NCBI RefSeq assembly: GCF_001194135.2
Contig: NC_068982.1
Location: forward strand, 141,613,420-141,666,445
Length of the DNA stretch: 53,026 bases
Reading direction: 5' to 3'
Source of the DNA: Octopus bimaculoides
Taxonomy: Eukaryota
A model generated the notes under the pieces. That model made no database searches. It was not told where the DNA came from and saw only the letters and a program-made list of their open reading frames with translations. A program made the translations under genes and the position numbers. This document shows positions 38,119 to 48,968 of the stretch, piece after piece. The stretch's first letter is position 1. Each line of letters begins with the position of its first letter.

Positions 38119-39283
38119 GTGTGTGTGTGTGTGTCTGTGTGTGTGTGTGTATGTGTGTGTGTGTGTGTGTGCGTGCGTGTGTGTGTGTGTGTTTACCTGT
38201 CACGAAAAAGAAACGACGATTGCGTTATAGGCAGATAGGAGTAAAGCCAGCAAGTCTGCTAACAAAATTCTCTAACCAGACTGGTAGGATACAGTGAGTG
38301 TTTGCGAGTGTGTAGTTTTGCATGTAAAAATATACACCTGAGTAATATTCAAAAATTTCAATTTAAACTTGCTGTGACATTATAAATATATTAGTCATGA
38401 TTTGGTGCAATTTTGAATTATTTCTTAAACATTCAGTATGTTATGATAACACCTGTGAGTACAACAGGTAATATGAATTACCAAAGATTCATCATATTCC
38501 CTCTGAAATGTTCATGGCCTTTACATATCCGACATGCATATGATTATGTTTCATTTCAGAAAACATGCAGTTTTCACATGTCCCCATGGCATTTAATTCC
38601 AATACAATAGGGTGATAAATACCTTAGGGTTTGCATTGCATTCATCTAGCAACTCAGTTGAATAATATGCACTTTACTAAGACTAAATCAACTTCAAAAT
38701 TGCCCTTTCAAGAAAAATGTCATTATATAATGTGAAAAGAAATTTCATTTAGATGTACAACATAAACAATGGCACACATATTTGGGATGTGGACATGACG
38801 TCCATGAGTGACTTATAAAATGACTGCACATATATTTACAACCAACCATATTTATGCATTAACCTTTAGTTAATGGAAATATTTCCCTATGAGGGAAAGG
38901 ATGCAGAATGCCTTCCATTGTACTGGCTGTCAATATTGCATGGATTTTGGTATATGCAGCTCTGGGCCTCCATAAACGTTCGAACTTAATTTTAATTCTT
39001 TTCAAGCAGCATGATCTGTGCATGATCATGCTATAACATATGTAATAACAAGGTATATTCTCACGTATCATATATCATTCAGGCACTTGTGATACGCTTG
39101 TCATTTAATCATTTTCAAGTGTAGAGCTTTTCCTTTATCAAGCTTTACAAACGAAGTTGATTTTTATAAAGTGTTTCGATATATTGAAGATAACATTAAA
39201 TGTTTCCGGGTCAGGAGACGGCAAAGCTATTCTACAATAACTATGTTATTGTAGAAAATATGATGTAAAGCAAGAATAAACAT

Positions 39284-39459
39284 ACAGATCTATATTTAAG
39301 AGATGAAAAATTATGTACATTATTTACATTCGGCAGATATTTGTCCTCATCTTATTTGTTGTTAACACAACGTTTCAGTTGATATACACTTCAGCCTTCA
39401 TCAGGAGACATGGGGAAATTTCGAATCTGGGTTCTGTTTCCAAAGGTATTTTTCGATGC

Positions 39460-39496
<37 letters not shown>

Positions 39497-39529
39497 AATA
39501 ATATTAATATTATCATTATTATAATTATT

Positions 39530-39560
<31 letters not shown>

Positions 39561-39637
39561 TTCAGGCCATTGTCTGGAATCGAACTCGAAATATTGGGGT
39601 TAGTAGCCCGCGTTCTTAACCACTACGCCATATGGCC
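39284..39637 (-). mobile_element. tRNA-headed SINE-like element: tRNA-like head + (AAT)n + HHR-bearing body
   Basis: Minus strand: head 39637-39563 with A-box TGGCGTAGTGG, B-box GAGTTCGATTCC, 6-bp acceptor-like GGCCAT/ATGGCC and 4-bp D-stem GCGT/ACGC; (AAT)n at about 39562-39458; body with CTGATGA-A-GGCTG..CAACT-GAAA-CGTT-GTGTT (39410-39364); ends ...CTTAAATATAGATCTGT as at 17967. Confidence 0.8.
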
Positions 39638-39640
39638 ACG

Positions 39641-39803
39641 GGTATATGGCGTAGTGCGAGAAATACCTTAGGAATGAGAACCCAGGTTCGAAATTTCCCC
39701 GAGACACCTGATGAAGGTTGGAGAGTATATCAGCGGAAACGTTGTGTTAAGAACAAAGAAGATGAGGACAAATATCCGTCAAATGTAAGCAATTTAAATA
39801 ATG
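39641..39803 (+). mobile_element. Inverted partner copy of the HHR element (head mostly deleted)
   Basis: GGTATATGGCGTAGTG head stub fused directly to the body CGAGAAATACCTTAGG...; 3' end stops about 25-30 nt short of the terminus seen on the opposite arm. Confidence 0.8.
39703..39748 (+). ncRNA. Minimal type I hammerhead ribozyme motif
   Basis: Stem I GACAC/GTGTT; CTGATGA (39708-39714); extra A; stem II GGTTG/CAGCG (closing G-G mismatch; the 18151-18155 copy has CAGCC); GAAA; palindromic ACGT; GTT triplet. Confidence 0.65.
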
Positions 39804-40262
39804 AAAAATATACATCTTTAACATGTTTGTATAACCTACTAATGTAAAGGCAGCATGACATCATAGAAATAAACCGAAACTAAATTTCTCACTGTCATTT
39901 GGAAAGATAAGACTCCAAGCCTGTTATAATAAATGATCGCCTTCTTCAGGATTTTTGAAACAAAATGTGACGACACATAGTACGTTCATACAACATAGCA
40001 ACACAATGCAATTATGAACAAATTTCAGGCAAAGCGAATCCCGTATTAAAGTACAGGCTTCATATCTGGTTGGGTCGACTTAACCGGCTCCCCCAAGCAA
40101 TTTTATTTTGGCAAGCATAGGATCAACTCTCTTCGAAGACTCATATTGACGTTCAATGCTCAAAGGAGTAGATAGACAGCCGACAACTGACGAAGAGTTG
40201 TCCTTTATGTTACTTGTCCTGTTTTCCATTTGTTTCTCTATTTGTTTTCAAATTAAACAAAT

Positions 40263-40604
40263 ATGAAAGCATATATGAACACAAAAACAGGAAAAATATT
40301 CACCAATGCGAACATGAACTGCAAAAGTAGAAATCTAATCTACTGCATCAAATGCCCTAATTGTGAAGAACTGTACGTTGGCCAGACAGGTAATGCACTA
40401 TCGGAACGCTGACGGGTACATCGACAACAGATTAAAAAACCAGAAGTCCGTCAAATACCACTGAGTAACCATCTGGCAACATATGGTCATCAAACTTTTA
40501 TTATATTTCCATTCCATAAACTTTACAACCGGAATGAAATTGAGAGAAAATGCAAAGAAAAGGACTTTATTAAGAAATTCAAACCCACTCTTAACAAACA
40601 ATGA
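40263..40604 (+). pseudogene. Penelope-like element GIY-YIG endonuclease domain (3' end of ORF, one in-frame stop)
   Basis: MKAYMNTKTGKIFTNANMNCKSRNLIYCIKCPNCEELYVGQTGNALSER*RVHRQQIKKPEVRQIPLSNHLATYGHQTFIIFPFHKLYNRNEIERKCKEKDFIKKFKPTLNKQ*: LIY/YVG motifs with CxxC between them, conserved R, two H, E and N; TGA at 40410-40412. Confidence 0.92.
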
Positions 40605-40616
40605 TTAAATTTATCT

Positions 40617-40945
40617 TACTTGGGGTTTAAAAATCTTATCCCTATAACTAAAACACAAAAAATCTCTCAAATATCATCATTTCTAACAATAGATTTGTCA
40701 TCATTTCTAAGAATAGCCAAACACCTACTGGGGTTTAAAAATCTTATCCCTACAACCAAAACACAAAGCAATTTCTCAAATGTCATCATTTCTAAAATTA
40801 AATTTGGCATCATTTCCAAGAACAGCCAAACACATACTGAGGTTTAAAAATCTTATCCCTACAACCCAAACACAAAATAATTTCTCAAATATCATTTCTA
40901 AAAATAGATTTGACATCAATTCTAAAAATAGCCAAGCACATACTG
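40617..40945 (+). repeat. 109-bp tandem repeat, 3 copies, in the PLE 3' region
   Basis: Units start TACT(T)G(G/A)GGTTTAAAAATCTTATCCCTA at 40617, 40726 and 40835; a fourth TACTG stub at 40941. Confidence 0.9.
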
Positions 40946-41020
40946 CTGCTGTCTAAAGGAATTGGTATAAAAGACAGAAAACCAACCAACCTATTACAGT
41001 CTGTTAAAGTCTGTCATTCC

Positions 41021-41064
41021 GGCCATGATGAAATACCACAAGGTATAGAAAATACGTATTCGCC
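41021..41064 (+). ncRNA. Variant or degenerate HHR motif downstream of the GIY-YIG ORF
   Basis: GGC-C(A)TGATGA-A-ATACC(ACAA)GGTAT-A-GAAA-ATACGTAT-T-C-GCC: 3-bp stem I, perfect 5-bp stem II, palindromic AATACGTATT stem III, TTC triplet; one extra A in the core. Confidence 0.55.
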
Positions 41065-41482
41065 TTTATATATTTAATCATATATATTGAACACTCAATA
41101 TTTCATATATTCAATAAGACATATTCCATATATTCAATAAGACATCCAATACTTTATTTCATTGTACCATCCATTTTTATTTTATATTATATATTGTATA
41201 TTATATTATATATTGTATATTCCATATTCTATATCCCACATTGGTTTTGCAGGAATATAAATAAAACATAAAAAACAGACAGTGTTGGAACTCTTTTANN
41301 NNNNNNNNNNNNNNNNNNNNNNNNNNNNNNNNNNNNNNNNNNNNNNNNNNNNNNNNNNNNNNNNNNNNNNNNNNNNNNNNNNNNNNNNNNNNNNNNNNNN
41401 NNNNNNNNNNNNNNNNNNNNNNNNNNNNNNNNNNNNNNNNNNNNNNNNNNNNNNNNNNNNNNNNNNNNNNNNNNNNNNNNNN

Positions 41483-41516
<34 letters not shown>

Positions 41517-42627
41517 TATGTGTTTGAGTATGAGTGTGTGTATGTGTACGAGTGTATGGTGGTGGGTGAGTTAAAATCAGTTTTCTTTCTCGAATGTACA
41601 AATTGGTATTAAGCATTCTTCAATACATTTCAGTTATATATCCATCATATTAAGAAACGACCATGTACCTTTATACATGTTGAGATATGTACATTCTACG
41701 GAGTCTTGTGTCTATTTAATTTCATTAGAATAGTGTAGAAATTGTAGATATAAGCTTCCTATCTAAAATCACTTAAATATTCTAGTTATCGTCGTATAAT
41801 TCATAACATTTCATTTTATATTTATTAAATATTAATTAACGTAAAACTTAATTGTTGCTCTGTAACATCTGGAATTTATCTTTTATGATTATTTAAATTA
41901 ACGAATATTTAAATTTTCAATATTATTAAACTATAAACATTCCGACACATAACCTATTGGTGCATTCTTTTTTGATAGTGAAGGAACATTCTTAATATAA
42001 ACATTGTGTTTTATTCAACGAAGCAAAATTTATCACTTCCAAAAATTTACTTCACCAACATCGAGATTTTTAATCTATCAAATTCTCTCTAGATGTACAT
42101 GTACGATGAAGAATAAATTATACCATAAATGTTACTGCCTTTTTGGATGGCTGTCAATCCTTCATTCAACTGAATACAGTTTGGCTTAACGTTTGATTTT
42201 ACAACCTGTATTCTAAGGTCATACATACAGAGGTGGTAGAACATATTCTAAGCAATATTAACAAGACAGACCATAGAGACAGGTGGGCAAGTGTGTACAT
42301 CGGTAAATTGTGTCCTCACAACTATATTAATGACTTTTCTTTTACGACACTAACAATTGTGACAAGAAAATGTATATTAAGCTAAGTGATCTCCATGTTG
42401 GATCTTACTTGTCTACAAGACTCTGGTTGTTTTTTTTTTGTTTTTCTTTCTGTCCCCTCTTTCTATTGGTAATGACTGTGTGTACTTGTGTGTATGTGTG
42501 TCTGTTACTTATATATGGAAGACGTAGCCACGAAAAGCTATGTCATTTCTTTCTCACCTTCTACACTGTGCACCGGGTTCTACCTCCCCACTGATGTTGC
42601 TGATAATTTATATAATGGAGATGTGAG

Positions 42628-42941
42628 AGTGCGTGGCTTAGTGGTTAGGGCATTCGGCTCACCATCGTGAGTTCGATTCCCGGCGACGTGTTGTGACCTT
42701 GAGCAAGACACTTTATTTTTCACGTTGCTCCAACCCACTCAGCTGGTAAAAATGAGTAGTACCTGTATTTCAAAGGGCCGGCATTGTCACGCTATTTGTC
42801 ACGCTGAGTCTCCCTGAGAACTACGTTAAGGGTACACGTGTCTGTCGATTGCTCAGTCACTTGCACGTTAATTTCACAAGTAGACTGTTCCGTTGATCGT
42901 ATCAGCTGAGACCCTCGTCGTCGTAACTGACGGAGTGCTCC
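42628..42941 (+). mobile_element. tRNA-derived CORE-like SINE family D, full length
   Basis: A-box TGGCTTAGTGG; B-box GAGTTCGATTCC; CORE-like TGTGACCTTGAGCAAGACACTT; distinct 3' region ending CGTAACTGACGGAGTGCTCC. Confidence 0.85.
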
Positions 42942-43433
42942 ATTTTTTTCAGATAATGGAGATATATATTGGGCATTAAACACTGTGAATAGTGTTTATT
43001 GATTGCTGGTACCATACAATGACTGATCGATTACTGGTATTTATAGTAAACCCAAACTCAGAAACGAAGTAGTCGATACTAAGTGCATGACATTTCAGCA
43101 TTGACAACATAAATAATTAATAAGTAATTAGACTCGCAGTTAAAATGAAACAAGTTGATTTACGTGAATGTTGACTTTAGTTTATTTGGTCTGTATTAAT
43201 TAACGTTATATTAAATTACTTATATGATTATTGTAGTTCTATAATTCATCATATCTCTAATCATACTAAATACATGCATCATACAAGCATTCCAAATTTA
43301 TCTCACAGTCTGACTTAAATTGTTAAATGATCGAACTTACAATCAATAGCATTCGAAATTTATCTAACCCTTTTCTTTTGCGTTTATTGCTTGACTATTA
43401 TTGTATCTTTGTCTAATATGTCTTGCAGGTAAG

Positions 43434-43802
43434 GCGGCGAGCAGACAGAATTGTTAGCACGCCAGGCGAAATGCTAAGCAGTATTTCACCTGTCTTTACG
43501 TTCTGAGTTCAAATTTCACTGAGGACGATTTTGCCTTTCATCTTTTCGGGGGTCGATAAATTAAGTACCAGTTGATAAATTAAGCACCAAATTTCAGGCC
43601 TTGTGCCTAGAGTAGAAAGAATCGTTAGCACGCCGGGCAAAATAACAAGTGGCCTTTCGGCCGTCTTTGCATTCTCAGTTCAAAAACTTTACCATCGAAC
43701 TTACGTGGCCAATAAATGAAGTACCATTTGAGCACTGAAGTCTATGTAATCGACTTCACCTCTTTCAAAACTTGCAGGCCTGGTATCAAAATTATTAAAC
43801 CA
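43434..43802 (+). mobile_element. Two tandem SINE family A copies
   Basis: About 43434-43620 full; the second starts at AATCGTTAGCACGCCGGG (about 43620), lacking the first 15 or so nt of the head. Confidence 0.8.
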
Positions 43803-44961
43803 AGATTTCTAGCATGTATTACGATGAAACCTCGGATCACGCGTTTTACTTGTAATTAACGCTATCAACTTTTATATGAACATCTACATGTTCATATATT
43901 ATCTACATATTTATATATAATCTACATGTTCTAATCAATGCTATCAACTTTTAAATGAACAGCTACATGTTCGTATATGTGCGCATATATTTAAGCATAC
44001 CATATGTAGTTTTAGTAAATGGTCTTTGTTTAACAGTTGTAGGTAAACCTACAAAAAAGAAGAAAGGCGAAGGAGCATCTATGCGGTGAATCAAATCCCG
44101 AGAAATAACAAATTTACAGATCGAAATTATATCAATAAATAAGAAGAAAAATATGCAAAAAATATAGTCCCTGATGTCATGTAGCAGAAAAAAGGCAAGA
44201 TGGTATTGCTTGGCATTATTTCCAGAGCTTTATTTTCAGCCAACGCCTAAAAATTCTTCAAGGCGTTGCCCCAGCCTGGCCAAAGTGGGAAGACTGAAAC
44301 AAATAAAGGAAAATGGTAGAAGATCTGGTATTGTTGGAGTAGGACTTATTAGTTGTTCTTCCACAGTCCTAAGTCCAATGTTATCGGTCAACATTTAAGT
44401 ACTTCTTCTACCTTTAATGTAGAGTTAAATAAAAAAAAAAAAACTACAACGTTCTTTCTTTTATTTCTCCTAAATTTTCCTTTTTCTGTTTCTTTTTTGT
44501 TTTTCTTCTCCATCTTTTCATCATTCTCCTATCAAGAAACTAATGAAGATCCATGATGATTTTCTGTTTTGCTATGTTACTAGCCTTTTTTTTTTCATCC
44601 TTTATTGAGACATCATAATTGCCTGTGGAGCTTCCTGAAGAAACATTGTTAAGAGCTTTTGTTTCTCTTCTCTCTCCACACACATACTCACAAGCACACA
44701 CATGCTCTTTTTTCTCACTCACCCCTTATCTCAACCCTCAGCCTCTCTCCTCCTCTGTAACAGTGTCAAGACCCTCTCTCTATCCCGCTCTCCATACAAC
44801 ATTATATTAGTTTTGCTGTTCATTAAATTCCCATCCACTCTGAATTCTTACTTTTTTTCACTCCACATTGGAAGGAAGCTGAAACCACACTTGCTGCCGT
44901 CTTCTTGTATTAGTTGTTATTATTCCATGTCTGTATGTATAAATGTGTATCAATATATGTG

Positions 44962-45000
<39 letters not shown>

Positions 45001-45639
45001 TATTATAAGATCTGGTAATTAGTCATATATTAATATGTTAATTAATATCGATTAATTATCAGGGGGCCAGCACATTTAAAGAATCAAAGAGATTCAGAAA
45101 TATTATCTGCAATCTCAGGGGACTAAGGTACATTTTAAAAAATAACGTCGACCACTAACGTGGACAATTAATGCGCTAGAAATAGATCACATCTTGTGTC
45201 TATTAAGACCTAAAAAGTTCTCAACATGAAATATAGCAGCATACCAAAAACGTGAGCGGGCAAGACATTTAAAATCACCTAAAAAAAAAATCATTATTAA
45301 ACAGGAACCAGGTTAGGCATTTAACAAATTCTTACCATTTGTCTATTCCTCATCAGCCTGATTTGTAATGTAGTAGCAATTATCAGAATCGTATACATAG
45401 TTTCCCACCGCCATGCGTGCGCGTGCATATGGTTCTGCTAATTACAGCTTAATGGTAAAATTCAAAAGTCTTTGTTTTGGCGCGCTAATTCCAGGAATAT
45501 ATCCGCAGAAAATATTTACTGCGTCGAATATATTCAGTATGAGAACATGAGTAATGGGTAAATATTATTATGAGATCTGGTAATTAGTCATATATTAATA
45601 TATTAATTAATATCGATTAATTATCAGGGGCCCAGCACA
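45001..45639 (+). repeat. 74-bp dispersed direct repeat (45001-45074 and 45566-45639)
   Basis: TATTAT(A/G)AGATCTGGTAATTAGTCATATATTAATAT(G/A)TTAATTAATATCGATTAATTATCAGGGG(G/C)CCAGCACA; 3 mismatches. Confidence 0.9.
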
Positions 45640-46439
45640 GTGGAGCAGCATATTTAAGTCAGCTTTTCTCCATGCATATTATTTATATAAGTTGATTGAA
45701 GCTGAGACTATATTTGATAGCCAGATGCATTTCCTGTTTCTAACCATCACGTGTTTTTCAAGCAAGATGTTTATCATTCCACTGTTTTCAACAGGGAAAG
45801 ATGTAAATTCTAGATTTGATAAATACGATTACATAAAAAAAAAGATCGTAGAATGCAGTGCAAGCTCATTCACATTTATTGGCTACCTGATATTATCAGA
45901 ATGTGGGAAAATGTTTTAAAACAATTATAGTGATGTTAAGTAAAGTATATCATTCGTTCCATTCTCTATTATTCATCTATATAAATTCTAGATTTGGATA
46001 TTTCATTTAAACACTTTAAAATCAATACAATATTTTCAATAAATTTTATTGCTCAAGGTAGTTTCAATTATTTTACATATAGTCTTTCAGCGTACATTCA
46101 CTTCAGTGATATATTCCTACAATGTTTTAAAAGAAAGATTATTGGGTTATTAATCTAAGTGTTAAGTTACTTTAGGTGTTAAAATTTTACTTCTAACTTT
46201 GATGTTATTTCGATTTTTGAAACGGTAAACAAAGCTATTCCTGATGGCCTTTTATAGTATTTTTTATAGCATGATTGTTTGATATGTTTTTATTGTTAAG
46301 CCTAATGATAAAAAAATACCTCTTTTTTAACTTTGCAAAATGTTCTTATTTTTATTTGTGCTTGGGTGCGTGTGTGCGCGTGCAAGCGTGCGTGCGTACA
46401 TGATCATCATTTAATATTTATTCTCCATGCGGACATGTG

Positions 46440-46490
<51 letters not shown>

Positions 46491-46979
46491 TGTGTGTGAA
46501 ATTAGAAAACTAGACCACAATTATCCATACAAAATATTTTGAAAATGAAACTGACAAAATAAAGAACGCAGATGTGGAAGAGAAAATTAGATAAGCACTA
46601 TTGAAAAATAACGCTAATATTAAAACCCTTTTGATAGCAACTTATCCGACACTGCTCCTGATTTTTTAATACAAACTTCCTGCTTAAAGGGATTTAGTTT
46701 TAAATGCTGTCAAAATTCCATGCTATGTTTCAGACAAAGTTATATTACTAAATCTCTTCTTTATGTTTGTAATTGAAAGGAAGGCAGTGTATTTGAAAAG
46801 AAATATGGTAATAAAAGGATTGGAACCTGGATTTTGCATTGCATATTAGTTAATAGAAATCTGCGTATAATACTCAATGCAAATATATCACAGAAAGCTG
46901 AATTAACTGTAGTTTTCATCAGGTGATAAAACTATCTCTTATGGACATACTGTGTGTGTGTTTGCAAGTGTGTCCATGT

Positions 46980-47030
<51 letters not shown>

Positions 47031-47039
47031 TGTGTATGA

Positions 47040-47378
47040 CCGAAATCTTTAGTATTATGTCGTGCTTGAGGAGAAGTCTTATCAAGCGGAGCAAAATCAC
47101 AGTCGTGGCAGATACTAGTGTCACGGAAATTGGCACCCGTGCCGGTGGCACATAACAGCACCCTCGTGTCACGCAAATGGCACCCGTGGCCGTGGAATGT
47201 AAAAGCACCCTTTACACTGTCACAGCGGTTAGTGTCAGGAAGGGCATCCAGCTGTAGAAAACCGTGCCAAATCAGACTGGAATCTGGTGCAGCCTTCCAG
47301 CGTGCCAGCCCACTCAAAATGTCCAACCCATGCCAGCATGGACAATAGTCGTTAAATGATGATGTTGATGAGGAGGAC
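47040..47378 (+). mobile_element. SINE-like repeat family E (3' part) with (GAT)n tail
   Basis: GTCAGGAAGGGCATCCAGCTGTAGAAAACC...GTCCAACCCATGCCAGCATGGA...TTAAATGATGATGTTGATG; internal duplication of about 50 bp at about 47118-47215. Confidence 0.7.
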
Positions 47379-48534
47379 AGTATACGTATCAGCAATAAAA
47401 CTAGTTCTTTTATGACTGTTCAGAAACGTAGAGCACTACTTTGTACAAAGTGATTTGGAAAGAAAACTACTGAAAAAAAAAAAGATTGAGTTGTTTCATA
47501 ATATATACATGTTGCCTTCTTTCATAACCTGCTTTCAGAGTGAGGTTATGAAAGGTTCTTCAGCCTTAAGTATCATATACGTTAGTAGAGTATCCGAATC
47601 TGTAAAATCAGCAGGTAATCTGTCTATCAAGCCTGCAGGTTTATCAGTGCCGTGAGCTTCAGTTCACTGTGAATTCCAACGAGAATAAAATTAAAAGATA
47701 TCTCTTATTTCAGTGGAAGCGAGCAAAGCAAATCACAGGAGGTTAAAACCATTGAGAGCAGTAAAGGATCTCGCAACGTTGAACAGCAATGTGCATTGAA
47801 GCGAAAGGAATATAGTACGTAGAGCAAGGGACATAAACAGCAATTGTAAAGAAGGGCACGTTTAAGTTATTTCTTCGTGGAGAACAATAGCTAGCCAGAA
47901 ATAGATCGACCACCGAATAATTCTATGAGAGAACTAAGGCTGGAAGGTAATAAAAATGCGATATATGGGAATATATCTCACTACTCTACAGAAACAGACC
48001 CTGCAAGATCAACTGAATGTGCTGTAACTATCTTGTAGCTAATAAGGATGAAAAATGTCGGCCACATGCCTTGAGACATGTCCACCATGAAATACATATT
48101 TAATATTTTAACTCAGCTTCCTGAAAATATATATCAATGTATAAATCACAAATGGCCCCTTATGCCACGAATACTTATTTATTGTGGACCTGTATTTCAT
48201 GTCCATGCTGTCTAACTTAGATTTATTCAAAAACTGAGGCTTTGTTATATTATAGAAAATAGTGACTTCCAACCTTCTCGATAAAATATCTTGTTCAATT
48301 TCAAAATTGAAATTTGGTGACATACTGCATCCTCTGGTGTCTGCAACCTATTTAAGAAATTTTGATTCTTTATGAAAAATTCAGCTATGGAAAAATGGAA
48401 GTGTGTATTAACAATATAGCAGTTGTGAGATATTAATTGAATATAATGAGGACTAGTCATGCCCGGATGCATGATTTAAGAGTTACCGGGTTTTTTTACG
48501 GTATGTATAAGGGACAGAATTCTCAATTATTTTC

Positions 48535-48968
48535 ATATCCTTTTCTACTCTAGCACAAGGCCCGAAATTTTGAGGGAAGGGACCAATCGATTAGATCGAC
48601 TCCAGTACGCAACTGGTACTTCATTTATCAACCCCGAAAGGAAGAAATGCAAAGTCAACCTCGACGGAATTTGAATTCAGAACGTAAAGACAGACGAAAT
48701 TCCGCTAAGCAATTCGACCGACGTGCTACGTTTTATATTTCTTTATTGCCCAAAAGGGGATAAACATAGAGAGGACAAACAAAGACAGCCAAAGGGTTTA
48801 AGTCGATTACATCGTCTCTAGTGCGTAACTAGTACTTTATTTATCGACCCCGGAAGGATGAAAGGCAAAGTCGACCTCGGCGGAATTTGAACTCAGAACG
48901 TAACCGCAGACGAAATTCCACTAAGCACTTCGCCCGGCGTGCAGATGCTCCTGCCAGCTCACCGCCCT
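48535..48968 (-). mobile_element. Two tandem SINE family A copies
   Basis: About 48730-48968 is full length with the 2388-type tail; about 48535-48728 lacks the first 15 or so nt of the head. Confidence 0.85.

Noticed and set aside
39563-39637. Functional tRNA gene
   Set aside because: Anticodon stem has only 3 bp and the T-stem has two mismatches, and the sequence is fused to (AAT)n and a repeat body. Treated as a SINE head.
40180-40225. CTGACGAAGAG as another hammerhead
   Set aside because: No GAAA or valid NTH site follows. The same applies to CTGANGA matches at about 1080, 5944, 15287, 27407 and 39945.
43858-43979. 42-bp direct repeat, 80 bp apart (and a 23-bp doublet at about 41105-41150)
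   Set aside because: Ordinary local slippage duplications in AT-rich DNA.
47519-47554. 12-bp perfect hairpin CTTTCATAACCT/AGGTTATGAAAG next to a minus-strand CTGAAGA
   Set aside because: The geometry does not give a hammerhead because GAAA is inside the stem; a single short hairpin is expected by chance.
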